A program made the translations under genes and the position numbers. A DNA stretch of 56,366 nucleotides, from NCBI GenBank assembly GCA_025450445.1, contig JANWHN010000060.1:1-56366 (forward strand), given 5' to 3'. The stretch is from Anaerolineales bacterium (lineage in GTDB: Bacteria; Chloroflexota; Anaerolineae; Anaerolineales; UBA11579). The stretch's first letter is position 1. Each line of letters starts with the position of its first letter. Positions 27,615-37,635 of this stretch are shown one piece after another. Below the pieces are notes generated by a model that was not told the DNA's origin, ran no database searches, and saw nothing but the letters and a program-made list of their open reading frames with translations.

Positions 27615-29108
27615 ATGCAAATTCCCCGTGAAGCTCTAAAGATCCAAAACCCAACCCACAACTGGTTGAAGAACATCGAAGTCGCTTTGGTGCCTGGGCC
27701 GATGACGCCCATGCTCGAAGAGGTGGCCGATGGTTTGCTCAACCGTTTCCGCGATCTTGGACACAAAGTCGTCGATACCCCTACGAACGATACAGCCGTC
27801 ATCCTAACCAGCGCGGCCTTCGGCGAATCGGTGCCATGGCGCAAGGCGCTATTGTTTTCCGCCCGTCGCCAATTCGGTTTGAAGGAATCACCAGTCATTT
27901 ACACACTGATCCAGGCCACCAATGAGCAGTTCGATCACTGGATGGATCATTTCCGCAAAGCCCTCGCCAAGAATCCGCGCGATCCTAAAGACTTCCAAGC
28001 CGATGGTCTCTCCGAAACAGCGCATCGCGTCCTGATCGAGCAAGGCGTGCGCGGCGGTCCGATCCTTTCCTTGCAGCGCTTGCTTCAAGCCCAGGCCAAG
28101 AGCATCCGCGTCCTGTTGGTCGTTGGCGATAAGCACCCTGAGCGCGTGTATCACTTCGACCTGGTCGGTGCATACCCAACCAGCGAAGCCAAAGACCCTG
28201 AGGCTTTTTACACAGATATGGTTTTGCGCGTCGTCACCACCGAAAGCACCCACGAAGTCACCGATCATGAATTGATCGAACCCATGATCAAACGCGAAGA
28301 CTGGGACAGTCTCAGTACGCCCGAAGCTATGCGCAACGCCGGCCAGGAGCTCGGCAAGCGCAACTTCTTCACCGAGATGGTTCGCATCGAAGACTTGGTT
28401 GCCGTTCCCGCCGTCCAGGATTCAGTCGCCAGCCAATACAGCGAAGGCTGCTTCGCCACCTGGGATCCGCGTGTGAACGCGCTGGTTGCTACTATCACTG
28501 GCAGCGCTCGCCCGGTCGATAAGGGCAACATCAGCGATGATGATCTCGCTCTGATTGTCGGCGTGCGACCTGATGGCGCCGGTGCGCAAGTTCGCCAAGT
28601 CGATGGCAAACGCAACGATCCACCGTCATCTGAAGCAGTCGAAATGATGGACATGGATTATTTGCTGCCCAAGATCGAGCACGCCAGCGTAGGCGGCGTT
28701 AAGAGTGACGTGCCCGTCATTCGTTCTAAGCTGCACGGCCACCGTGGTGTGAAGAGCTTTAATCCCAACTTAGTCGAATACGTTCCGCTCGACCCGCCTT
28801 ACTACCATTACCTAGTCTCTTGCGCAACAGAAGCGCAAGCGCGCGGCATCAAAGCGGCCTTCAGCCGTTCCGAATCTTTGCGCAACGCAAACGACCCGCG
28901 CCAAATCGCATTTACAGTGCTTCCGGGCCACGGTGTTGTGATGGTGGAGAAGTGGCAAGCTGGCAAAGTTCCGTTTCAGGTGATCTGGGACGCGATGGAC
29001 TCTGGCGACTTGGTCATCGATCCACATGTGCCCCAGGGTCAGATGAGCTATGTCGACAGCAACGGCAAAATGTTGCTGCACGAACACAATATTGAAAACG
29101 GTAATTAA
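27615..29108 (+). CDS. Hypothetical protein with C-terminal class II aldolase/adducin-like domain
   Basis: 497-aa ORF with GAGG SD; PPSSE, KLHGH and VLPGHGVV motifs in order. Confidence 0.7.
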   Translation: MQIPREALKIQNPTHNWLKNIEVALVPGPMTPMLEEVADGLLNRFRDLGHKVVDTPTNDTAVILTSAAFGESVPWRKALLFSARRQFGLKESPVIYTLIQATNEQFDHWMDHFRKALAKNPRDPKDFQADGLSETAHRVLIEQGVRGGPILSLQRLLQAQAKSIRVLLVVGDKHPERVYHFDLVGAYPTSEAKDPEAFYTDMVLRVVTTESTHEVTDHELIEPMIKREDWDSLSTPEAMRNAGQELGKRNFFTEMVRIEDLVAVPAVQDSVASQYSEGCFATWDPRVNALVATITGSARPVDKGNISDDDLALIVGVRPDGAGAQVRQVDGKRNDPPSSEAVEMMDMDYLLPKIEHASVGGVKSDVPVIRSKLHGHRGVKSFNPNLVEYVPLDPPYYHYLVSCATEAQARGIKAAFSRSESLRNANDPRQIAFTVLPGHGVVMVEKWQAGKVPFQVIWDAMDSGDLVIDPHVPQGQMSYVDSNGKMLLHEHNIENGN

Positions 29109-29457
29109 CTTAATCTGGCTGGGCGTCCTTGCTTTCGCCTGGCCTTTTATTCACCTAACTGTCTTCTACTTCCGCTTTGATCAGCGCCTACCGGCCGATG
29201 GGCTTGGTGGGGCGCTTGTTTTCCTGCCTATGGGTCTCCTTTCGGGCGCGCTGTTGCTTTATCTTCTGAATAGATCCACAGACTCGCGTCAACGTCGTTT
29301 CACCACCGGCGGTTACCTGATCGCCGCGCCCTTCGCCTTTGTCGGCTCGTTGCTATCTGGCTTAGCTTCCAATCCTCATATTGGCGTTGCGCTCTTCGGC
29401 GGAGGACCACTCGCACTCGGCGCTTGGCTCGGTTATCACCTCAGCCGCACAGATTAA
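29092..29457 (+). CDS. Small hypothetical membrane protein, about 4 TM
   Basis: Four hydrophobic stretches; TTG start overlaps the upstream gene end; start uncertain. Confidence 0.65.
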   Translation: MKTVINLIWLGVLAFAWPFIHLTVFYFRFDQRLPADGLGGALVFLPMGLLSGALLLYLLNRSTDSRQRRFTTGGYLIAAPFAFVGSLLSGLASNPHIGVALFGGGPLALGAWLGYHLSRTD

Positions 29458-29458
29458 A

Positions 29459-29493
29459 CAAAACGGCGGGCCATCAACCCGCCGTTACTTTTT
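29459..29493. terminator. Intrinsic terminator between convergent genes
   Basis: AACGGCGGG-ccatcaa-CCCGCCGTT with flanking A and T tracts. Confidence 0.75.
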
Positions 29494-29496
29494 CTT

Positions 29497-29534
29497 CGTG
29501 ATTGCGAGGCGCTAAAAAAGCGCCGTGGCAATCT
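29497..29534 (+). repeat. CGTC-type palindromic repeat, copy 4
   Basis: CGTGATTGCGA-GGCGCT-aaaaa-AGCGCC-GTGGCAATCT. Confidence 0.88.
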
Positions 29535-29557
29535 GGCTTTGGTTGCTCTTTCAGCAG

Positions 29558-32257
29558 CTACAACAGCTCCCTGAGCACCGCGTGCAAGATCCCCCCTTGC
29601 CTATAAACTTCCAGATCGATCGGCGTATTCAGCCGTACATCCACCCAGAAGGTGGTTTCTTTTCCATCTACGGCCAGCGCCCGCACTTTCAATTCGCCGT
29701 TCACCTGCAAACCTTGGCTTATTCCTTCAATATCAAAGACCTCGGTCCCAGTTAGCCCCAGCGTCTCGCGCGTTTCCCCGGCCTTGAATTGCAGGGGCAG
29801 TACGCCCATGTACACCAAATTGATTCGGTGGATGCGCTCAAACGATTCGGCGATCTCTGCTTTGACGCCCAATATTCGCGGACCCTTGGCTGCCCAGTCG
29901 CGGCTCGATCCCGTTCCAAATTCTTTGCCAGCCAGCACGATCAGCTGCACGCCTTCTTCTTTATATTTCATCGCCGCGTCGTAAACCGTTGTTTGTTGTC
30001 CCTCCGGCAAATGAACCGTGTATCCGCCCTCAACCCCGGGCACCAGCAGGTTTTTGATTCGAATGTTGCCAAATGTGCCGCGGGTCAACACTTCGTCATT
30101 GCCGCGCCGTGATCCGTAAGAATTGAAATTCGGCACCGTTACGCCATGGCCGACCAGCCACTTACCTGCTGGGCTATCCGCCGGGATGGCTCCTGCCGGT
30201 GAGATGTGATCTGTCGTTACCGAATCGCCCAGCGACAATAGCACCCGCGCCCCACAGATGTCCTCCATCGGCGGAACCTCGCGCGTGATCCCATCGAAGA
30301 ACGGCGGCTCGTGAATATAGGTCGACTTCTCGTCCCACTCGTATAGCTCGCCGCCGTGAGCGGTGATGTTGTTCCAGGTCTCGTTGCCGGTGAACACGTT
30401 CGAATATCGCTCGGCAAACATCTCCGGCTTCACGTTGGCTTCGATCGCGTTACGAACCTCTTCGCGGCTCGGCCAAATATCCTTCAAATAAACCGGGTCG
30501 CCGTTCTTGCCGATCCCGAGTGGCTCGTGCGCCAGGTCGATGTCCACCGTTCCGGCCAGCGCAAACGCCACCACCAGCGGCGGCGAAGCCAAATAGTTTG
30601 CCAGCGCGTATGGATGGATGCGTCCTTCAAAGTTACGGTTGCCCGAGAGCACAGCCGTCGCCACCAGGTCGCCAGCGTTGATGGCTTTCACCACCTCGCC
30701 GGATAGCGGACCTGAATTTCCAATACAAGTTGTGCATCCGTAGCCGACCAGGTTGAAGCCAAGCTCAGAGAGCGGCTCCATAAGATTGGCTTTTTCCAAA
30801 TACTCAGTCACCACCCGCGAGCCCGGCGCCAAGCTCGTCTTCACATACGGCTTCACTTTCAGCCCGCGCTCGACTGCTTTCTTGGCCAGCAAGCCCGCGC
30901 CCAGCATCACCGCCGGGTTCGATGTATTCGTGCAAGATGTGATCGCCGCTATCACCGTTGCCCCGTGGCCCATCTCCGCCCGCGAGCCATTCGTGCCAAA
31001 GCTAACTTTCTTGTCCAGTGCGCTATCTTCGAGTGCGAAACCGCGCTCGCTCTTCGGCAATAGCAGCGCCTTACGGAATTCGGTGCGCATGTTTTCCAGC
31101 GCCACCCGATCCTGCGGGCGCTTTGGCCCTGCCAGGCTCGGCTCCACGGTCGAGAGATCCAGGTCCAGCTTGTCAGTGAATTCGGGATCAGGCGTGTTCT
31201 CGTCGCGGAACAGATGCTGCTCTTTGCAATAGGCTTCTGTTAGTGCAATTACTTTTTCTGGTCGCGCCGTCAAGCGCATGTACCGAATTGTTTCAGCATC
31301 CACCGGGAAGAATGTGATCGTGGCGCCGTTCTCGGGCGACATGTTGGCTATCATCGCCCGGTCTGCCAGGCTCATGTAGTCCAGGCCGGGGCCGTAAAAC
31401 TCGACGAATTTTTCGACCACGCCTTTTTTGCGCAGCATCTGCGTGATCGTCAGGGTCACATCAGTGGGCGTTACGCCTTCCTTCAGTTTCCCAAAGACCT
31501 TGAAGCCGATCACATCCGGCATCAGCATGTCGATCGCCCGTCCCAGCATAGCCGCCTCGGCCTCGATCCCACCCACGCCCCAGCCGACTACGCCCAGGCC
31601 GTTGATCATCGTGGTGTGTGAGTCCAGCCCCACCAGCGAATCGGGGAAGGCGACCATCTCGTCATCGATCTTGCGGGTCAGCACGACTTTGCTCAGGTAT
31701 TCCAGGTTGACTTGGTGCACGATACCTGTGTTCGGTGGCACCACCCGGAAGTTGTCGAAAGCTTGTTGCCCCCAGTGCAAAAACTCATAGCGCTCTCTGT
31801 TGCGCATGAACTCGATCTCGGCGTTGCGTTGGAGCGCATCGGGGCTCGCAAAGAAATCCACCTGCACCGAATGGTCGATCACCAGGTCTACTGGTACGAG
31901 CGGGTTGACTTTCTTCGGGTCGCCGCCCAGGCGTTCCATCGCCGCCCGCATCGCGGCCAGGTCCACGATCGCTGGCACGCCGGTGAAATCCTGCATGATC
32001 ACCCGGCCCACTTTGAACGGCATAGCCTGGCGTTCTTTCACACGCGGCTCCCAGGCCGCCAGGTTGCGCACGTCTTGCTCCGAGACTTCGACGTTGTTGC
32101 AGTTGCGCAGGCTCGATTCGAGGAGGATGCGGATCGAAAATGGCAGCCGGTCTAACTGCGTCAGGCCGTCTGCTTCTAGTTTCGGTAGGCTATAAGTGGT
32201 GTAGGAATCTTCGTTAACAGTAAGTGTCTTGCGCGTTTTGAAAAAATCTTTCGCCAT
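29558..32257 (-). CDS. acnA: Aconitate hydratase A
   Basis: [60 protein letters not shown]. Confidence 0.97.
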   Translation of the reverse strand: MAKDFFKTRKTLTVNEDSYTTYSLPKLEADGLTQLDRLPFSIRILLESSLRNCNNVEVSEQDVRNLAAWEPRVKERQAMPFKVGRVIMQDFTGVPAIVDLAAMRAAMERLGGDPKKVNPLVPVDLVIDHSVQVDFFASPDALQRNAEIEFMRNRERYEFLHWGQQAFDNFRVVPPNTGIVHQVNLEYLSKVVLTRKIDDEMVAFPDSLVGLDSHTTMINGLGVVGWGVGGIEAEAAMLGRAIDMLMPDVIGFKVFGKLKEGVTPTDVTLTITQMLRKKGVVEKFVEFYGPGLDYMSLADRAMIANMSPENGATITFFPVDAETIRYMRLTARPEKVIALTEAYCKEQHLFRDENTPDPEFTDKLDLDLSTVEPSLAGPKRPQDRVALENMRTEFRKALLLPKSERGFALEDSALDKKVSFGTNGSRAEMGHGATVIAAITSCTNTSNPAVMLGAGLLAKKAVERGLKVKPYVKTSLAPGSRVVTEYLEKANLMEPLSELGFNLVGYGCTTCIGNSGPLSGEVVKAINAGDLVATAVLSGNRNFEGRIHPYALANYLASPPLVVAFALAGTVDIDLAHEPLGIGKNGDPVYLKDIWPSREEVRNAIEANVKPEMFAERYSNVFTGNETWNNITAHGGELYEWDEKSTYIHEPPFFDGITREVPPMEDICGARVLLSLGDSVTTDHISPAGAIPADSPAGKWLVGHGVTVPNFNSYGSRRGNDEVLTRGTFGNIRIKNLLVPGVEGGYTVHLPEGQQTTVYDAAMKYKEEGVQLIVLAGKEFGTGSSRDWAAKGPRILGVKAEIAESFERIHRINLVYMGVLPLQFKAGETRETLGLTGTEVFDIEGISQGLQVNGELKVRALAVDGKETTFWVDVRLNTPIDLEVYRQGGILHAVLRELL

Positions 32258-32385
32258 TCAAACTCCGGCGCGATTATACCGCTTGCCCCTCTGGTACTTT
32301 TTTCTGAAGGTTTTCCACCTTCTAATCATGTAATATCTTGTCTAGATGTTAAAATGCATCATATCGATGAAGTGGATGGACTTAA

Positions 32386-34347
32386 ATGCTGAATAAAGGG
32401 AAACTTCGTGCTCTGCTCCTGTTCGGAGTTCTCGGTTTGTTTTTGTCAGGATGCACTGTTGCAATAATCGGCTTTGTTTGGTCTGATGAAAATGGCAACG
32501 GCATCCAGGATCCTGGCGAGCCGGGAGTTCCCGGCGTTCAGGTAAGAGTATTGAACAGCGACGGTACACCCAGTTCCCAAACAGCCGTCACCGCGGCGGA
32601 TGGCACCTACTCGATTGTCTGGAATCTTGAATTATGTGGAAGCTGTATACCAAGAAATGTAATCGAAGTTGTCCCGCCTGCCGGATATGTTTTTACCGCT
32701 CAGAATAAGGGGGATAACGGACTGGACAGCGATGTGGATCCAGCCAATGGGCGGATCGGCGCTGCCGGTAACCAAAATAACCCAGCCGATCCGAGTTCAT
32801 TCGATGTAGATGCTGGTTTGATATTTGACGAGGTTGCGCTCGTCGAGGAACAAACCGAAGAGGAGCAGGTCGCCACAAACACCCCAACCCCCACGCCTAC
32901 TCCCGAGCCCTCCACGGGCGCCGGGCTGGAACAGGTTTGCTACGGACCCGATCCAGACGATTTCCCCGCCGGCATTTCGCCGCTAACTGGCCTGCCTGTC
33001 GAAGATCCGTCGCTGCTCGATTTGCGCCCGGTCTTCCTTTCCATTTCCATCTTCCCGCCCTCAGTTCGCCCGCCAACCGGGCTCGATGTTTCGCCCATCA
33101 TCTACGAGCTTTACATCGGCGATGGCGACACGCGTTTGATGGCCGGCTTCCACGGCGAATATCCCGCGCCTCTTTTTGATGGCACTTCCGGTGATGGCGA
33201 TCCGGCGCCCGAAGGCTTTGACTTTGTGCTCGGTGATCGCGTTTGGTTCGACAGCAACGGCAATCACCTGCAGGATGACGGCGAACCCGGGGTAATGGAT
33301 GTGCCCGTCAGCTTGTTGGATAGCAGTTTCAATGTAGTCCAAGAAACCACCACCGATCCGGCCGGCAAGTTTTACTTTGGCCTCAACGATGTTGACCCCA
33401 ACACCGAATTCCAGATTCGCTTTGGCGCTCCGCCCTCGATCGCTGATTATTACTGGGTCAATAAAGATATGAGCTCCGACGACGCCATCGATAGCGATGT
33501 GACCGAGCTTGGTCGCACCGACCTTTTCGACCCGACCGATTTTGTCAGCAGTGAGCATCTAAATATCGACGCCGGTATGCGCCAGGCGTACCGCATCGAA
33601 GGCTTACGCTCTGGCCGCGTCGCTTACCAAGACCTGCAAATCAACTACTGCGGCTGTCTGGTGACAGCCGGCGCTGACCCAACAGTCGCAGCGCAGATCA
33701 ACACTTGTGCGAGCGCGTTCGGCAACGACCCCAACAACATCGGTGGCGCTGGCTTGGATGTGACCCAGTTGCAAGCCGTTGCTTCGAATAACAGCAGGGG
33801 TGCTTGCTCTCAGCCCAACCTCACTGGCAATCTGTTCTGCACACAGCCGCCTGAGGGCGGCCTGGGCCAGCAATTGTTCGTTGAATACAACATAAACAAC
33901 ATCAGCCACTTTGTATACGATGGCGAGCTCGGCGCGTATGTCTGGGAGAAAAATATTCCCTCTGACAACGAGAACTATGAGGTGATGACCGATCGCCTTA
34001 CCGGCGAAACGCTCACTTTTGAAAACGTGATCGTTATGCTGGTCGAGCACACTTCGCAGAATTCTGCCAACACGATCATCAATCTCGGCATGGACTTCAA
34101 ATCTGGCGAAGCATTCCTGTTCCGCAATGGCCAGGTCTACGAGATCTTGTGGAGCACCGTTTCCGGCGATTACGAGCAGACCACCGGCAAGCTACGCCCG
34201 GTCCGCTTTATCGATCTTGCTGGCAACCCGATCGCTCTCGCTCCCGGTCAAGTGTTTGTAGAGCTGATCAACGCCTCCGATTCGGTCCAGGAAACCTCTC
34301 CTGGGATCTGGATGGCAGACTTCGACGCCCCCTCCTTCGCTCCGTAA
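32386..34347 (+). CDS. DUF3048 lipoprotein with two SdrD B-like domains
   Basis: Lipobox LSGC; G.VW.D.NGN..QD.GEPGV..V.V repeats ending in DAG; SPLTGL, IYE, TRL.A, GLRSGR, LAPGQVF. Confidence 0.82.
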   Translation: MLNKGKLRALLLFGVLGLFLSGCTVAIIGFVWSDENGNGIQDPGEPGVPGVQVRVLNSDGTPSSQTAVTAADGTYSIVWNLELCGSCIPRNVIEVVPPAGYVFTAQNKGDNGLDSDVDPANGRIGAAGNQNNPADPSSFDVDAGLIFDEVALVEEQTEEEQVATNTPTPTPTPEPSTGAGLEQVCYGPDPDDFPAGISPLTGLPVEDPSLLDLRPVFLSISIFPPSVRPPTGLDVSPIIYELYIGDGDTRLMAGFHGEYPAPLFDGTSGDGDPAPEGFDFVLGDRVWFDSNGNHLQDDGEPGVMDVPVSLLDSSFNVVQETTTDPAGKFYFGLNDVDPNTEFQIRFGAPPSIADYYWVNKDMSSDDAIDSDVTELGRTDLFDPTDFVSSEHLNIDAGMRQAYRIEGLRSGRVAYQDLQINYCGCLVTAGADPTVAAQINTCASAFGNDPNNIGGAGLDVTQLQAVASNNSRGACSQPNLTGNLFCTQPPEGGLGQQLFVEYNINNISHFVYDGELGAYVWEKNIPSDNENYEVMTDRLTGETLTFENVIVMLVEHTSQNSANTIINLGMDFKSGEAFLFRNGQVYEILWSTVSGDYEQTTGKLRPVRFIDLAGNPIALAPGQVFVELINASDSVQETSPGIWMADFDAPSFAP

Positions 34348-34350
34348 TTA

Positions 34351-34377
34351 AAGACCGCCGAAAGGCGGTCTTTTTTT
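34351..34377 (+). terminator. Intrinsic terminator
   Basis: AAAGACCGCC-gaaa-GGCGGTCTTT followed by a T-run. Confidence 0.9.
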
Positions 34378-34383
34378 ATTCCT

Positions 34384-34422
34384 CGTCATTGCGAGGCGAG
34401 CGTCAGCTCGCCGTGGCAATCT
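34384..34422 (+). repeat. CGTC-type palindromic repeat, copy 5
   Basis: CGTCATTGCGA-GGCGAGC-gtca-GCTCGCC-GTGGCAATCT. Confidence 0.88.
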
Positions 34423-34432
34423 GGTTCTCCTA

Positions 34433-35707
34433 TTACCTCCTCTTCGGAATAACCGCCTTCCGCCCGCCACCTTTCACTGTCTTCTCCCTCCGCGTCATGT
34501 TCCGTATCCTTTGATAAAGCGGCACCGTTGGCAACAACACCATCGCCGATGTCACCAGTGCTGCCCTCATGGAACGCAGCCGCCCGATTCCCCCCAGGAT
34601 CGGCCCGCCGCTCAGTTCTCCCAATGCGTCTATTTGCCCGACCATCGATAGCACCGTCGCCCGCACTTTCGAATCGATCTGCTGGTTGACCCATGCGTTG
34701 GTCAGTGGAAATGTCACCCCACGCATTCCATTGAAAGCGATCATCGCTGCCACCGCCAAGTAGAAATTGCCAATAAACGCGAAGAACAGCATCGCGGCTA
34801 CCATCCCGGCATAAAGCAGTTGCAGCGCACGCAGCATCGATGGGCTCTTTGACGTGTCCACCACTCGCTTCGCGATTTCCGCCGACACGATTCCCACCAG
34901 GATGAAAATGATATTCAACACGCCAAACCAATGGATCGTGCTCAACTCGACCCCAAACACTTTAGGGAACGCAAAAGTTTCAAGAAGATATGGCTGCGCC
35001 AACCGGTCCCAAGCCTCGCTGTACAGCCCAACGAAAAGCCCGATCACCGCGAAGGTCAGCAAAACCGGCCGCGCCCGTGCAATGTTCAACCCGGATGTAA
35101 ACTGGTCCACCATCGACTGCCAGCCCTGCCGTTGCTCGCGCGGCACGGGAGTGAACCCATGCTCGCCCATGAATAAGAGGAGAAACACCGCCAGTAGCAC
35201 GATCAGTGCTCCGCCGATGATGTAAGGCAGTGCCAGGGATTGCAGCGCAAGGATCACACTGAACGGGATCGCCAGCAGGCTGCCGAGCAGCGCCAGCTGG
35301 TCAGCCCGCAACAGCACCTTGCCCACTTTCGCCAACCCCACCTCGTCGGTCACCCAGGCCACGAAGGCGCCGCTAATGAACGTATTGCCGAGTCCCCACA
35401 CGAATTGGGAGACTAGCAAGACCCAGAATAACGGGGCGACACCTTCTATGGCGAAACCGATTCCCATCAGGAAGAATCCAACGATCACCGAAGCTCGTCG
35501 GCTGACCAGGTCTGCCACTACGCCAGTCGGGATCTCGAAGATAAAGATCGTGCTTTCAAGCACCGTGCCCAATAGCACAAGTTGGAGCGGGTCCAATCCG
35601 ACCACTTGGACTCGGTAGATCACATAGATCGTAAAGATGAGCTTCGTCGCAAAGCCCAACGCAAATTCAGCAAAGATATAAACAAAAGCAGCATCAAGTT
35701 TCTTCAC
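34433..35707 (-). CDS. MFS efflux transporter, TetA(P)-like
   Basis: LDPLQLVLLGTVLE..FIFEIPTGVVAD..SRR, WGLG.TFISG, SEAWDRL, RATVLS. Confidence 0.85.
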   Translation of the reverse strand: MKKLDAAFVYIFAEFALGFATKLIFTIYVIYRVQVVGLDPLQLVLLGTVLESTIFIFEIPTGVVADLVSRRASVIVGFFLMGIGFAIEGVAPLFWVLLVSQFVWGLGNTFISGAFVAWVTDEVGLAKVGKVLLRADQLALLGSLLAIPFSVILALQSLALPYIIGGALIVLLAVFLLLFMGEHGFTPVPREQRQGWQSMVDQFTSGLNIARARPVLLTFAVIGLFVGLYSEAWDRLAQPYLLETFAFPKVFGVELSTIHWFGVLNIIFILVGIVSAEIAKRVVDTSKSPSMLRALQLLYAGMVAAMLFFAFIGNFYLAVAAMIAFNGMRGVTFPLTNAWVNQQIDSKVRATVLSMVGQIDALGELSGGPILGGIGRLRSMRAALVTSAMVLLPTVPLYQRIRNMTRREKTVKGGGRKAVIPKRR

Positions 35708-35940
35708 AACATCTCCAAACTGCTAAAGGCGCGCAGAATCAAGGAACCGCGACGCGGCATCAGGTTTCGATTGGGCAACAAAGAAGGAAACTACGCGAAA
35801 CGTGTGCTAACCGCAGCGGGTAAAGGCGTACGAGGTTGCGTAATCCACGGCCAGCATGTTTGCTGCAAGAGACAAGGGCAGTCTAACATGCTTCCACAAA
35901 TTACAAACTTTCCGATGATATATACTTTTCACTCTTCCCG

Positions 35941-37635
35941 ATGCTCAATCGTCTAAAACCGTACAAGGTCGAAATATTTCTTTTGATGCTGTCTCTGATC
36001 CCCCACCTGGTGATCAGTTTTAGCAATCCCAACACCATCCTGGATTGGTACAGCTCTGACGACGGCTTTTATTATTTCCAGGTCGCTCGTAATCTGGCAA
36101 GCGGACACGGTTTCACATTCGATGGCCTTAATCCAACCAACGGTTTTCACCCGCTTTGGCTTTTTCTGATCACTCCTATCTTCGTTTTCGCTCAGATTGA
36201 TCTGTTATTGCCGCTGCGCGTGCTGGTGATCTTCTCAGCCTTGCTAAGCGGGGGCACCGCCATTTTGCTCTACCGCCTGCTGCGCGGCTTCGTCTCTGAA
36301 TATGTTGCGGCTCTGGCTGGCCTTGCTTGGCTCATCATCCCGCGTATCCACGATATGAACTTGCATTCAGGGGTTGAAGCCGGGGTCAACGCCTTCTGTA
36401 TTCTGCTCTTCTGGAATACTGCCATTAACTTTCCGAAAGCCAATCAGCGCGAACAAATCCTGCGACGCTTGGTGACAGTTGGGTTGCTTGGTGCTCTCGC
36501 CGTCTTCGCTCGCCTTGACAATATCTTCCTGATAGCGCTCGGCGGTTTGTGGCTCTGGCTGAAATTGTGGAACCCGCCTAAACAGAAGAAATCTAAACGC
36601 ACCGATCCTTGGCCATGGCGTCTCTCAACCGGAATGGCTTTTGCTGCCCCGATCGCCATCTTGCTTCTTATTTACGTCACCTGGAACCAACTAGGATTTG
36701 GCACCCCTACTCCCATCAGCGGTCAAGTCAAAGTCTGGTGGGGGACTTTGCGCAATACGGTTTACGGTTTCCCCGTCCGCCACGCCGCCGCCTTCTTGGG
36801 CCAGTTCGTCACTGATGACCCAGAGCTTGGCTCTTGGTCGCTGCTCACGGGTCCCATCTATGCCGGAGCGGAGAGTTTGCTAGCCGGACTCGGCCAAGGC
36901 GTTACCCTCGCCGCTCGGCGCATCGCCCTGCTTGCTATCGGAGTTGTCCTGGCCGCCTCGGCAGGTGCGCTCATTTGGGCCGAACGCAAATTTCTGTCCG
37001 CTGCTGCTCGCCGCCTGGGACTGCTGCCGTTCTTTCTGGGCTGCGTCGCCCAGATCTCCTATTACAAGCTCGGCGGATCCGTAGCCCAGCAACCCTGGTA
37101 TTGGGTCGCGGAAAATATTTTCCCTCTTCTTACCGTGGGGTTGCTCCTGGACTCGCTGTTTCGCCTTGTTTCGCGGGCTCTTCCATCTTGGAGTGCGGAG
37201 TACAGTCATGCCGCCGGGCTAATCGTCATTGCTGCTCTATCTTTTTCTTTCTTGTCTTTCATCGTCAGCGCTATTCGCGCCCCTGGAGATGGCAGTAACC
37301 ATTTTTATCTGCATCGCCCAGCCTGGCTCGAAGCCCATACCGAAGAAGGCGCTCGCATTGCAATTACCGGCGCCGGCAACCTGGCGTACTTCATCAATGG
37401 CCGCACCATCGTAAACATGGATGGCCTGATGAACAGCGTGGATTATCTGGACGCTATGAAGGCGGGCGAGGGCGCTCAATTCCTGGCGGATCTCGGCGTT
37501 GACTACGTCTTCGGTAACGAATACATCCTCACCGAGACAAATCCATATGCGCCCATGCTTGAAGGGCATCTGGAACCTTACGAAGTTTATTTGTTTGCGG
37601 ATCGCGAGCTTCCGCTCTGGAGGTTTGTGCCTTAA
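35941..37635 (+). CDS. Polytopic GT-C-fold glycosyltransferase-like membrane protein
   Basis: DDGFYYFQVARN...G...FDG..TNGFHPLW after TM1; many TM segments; ARLD; VNMDGL.N. Confidence 0.7.
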   Translation: MLNRLKPYKVEIFLLMLSLIPHLVISFSNPNTILDWYSSDDGFYYFQVARNLASGHGFTFDGLNPTNGFHPLWLFLITPIFVFAQIDLLLPLRVLVIFSALLSGGTAILLYRLLRGFVSEYVAALAGLAWLIIPRIHDMNLHSGVEAGVNAFCILLFWNTAINFPKANQREQILRRLVTVGLLGALAVFARLDNIFLIALGGLWLWLKLWNPPKQKKSKRTDPWPWRLSTGMAFAAPIAILLLIYVTWNQLGFGTPTPISGQVKVWWGTLRNTVYGFPVRHAAAFLGQFVTDDPELGSWSLLTGPIYAGAESLLAGLGQGVTLAARRIALLAIGVVLAASAGALIWAERKFLSAAARRLGLLPFFLGCVAQISYYKLGGSVAQQPWYWVAENIFPLLTVGLLLDSLFRLVSRALPSWSAEYSHAAGLIVIAALSFSFLSFIVSAIRAPGDGSNHFYLHRPAWLEAHTEEGARIAITGAGNLAYFINGRTIVNMDGLMNSVDYLDAMKAGEGAQFLADLGVDYVFGNEYILTETNPYAPMLEGHLEPYEVYLFADRELPLWRFVP

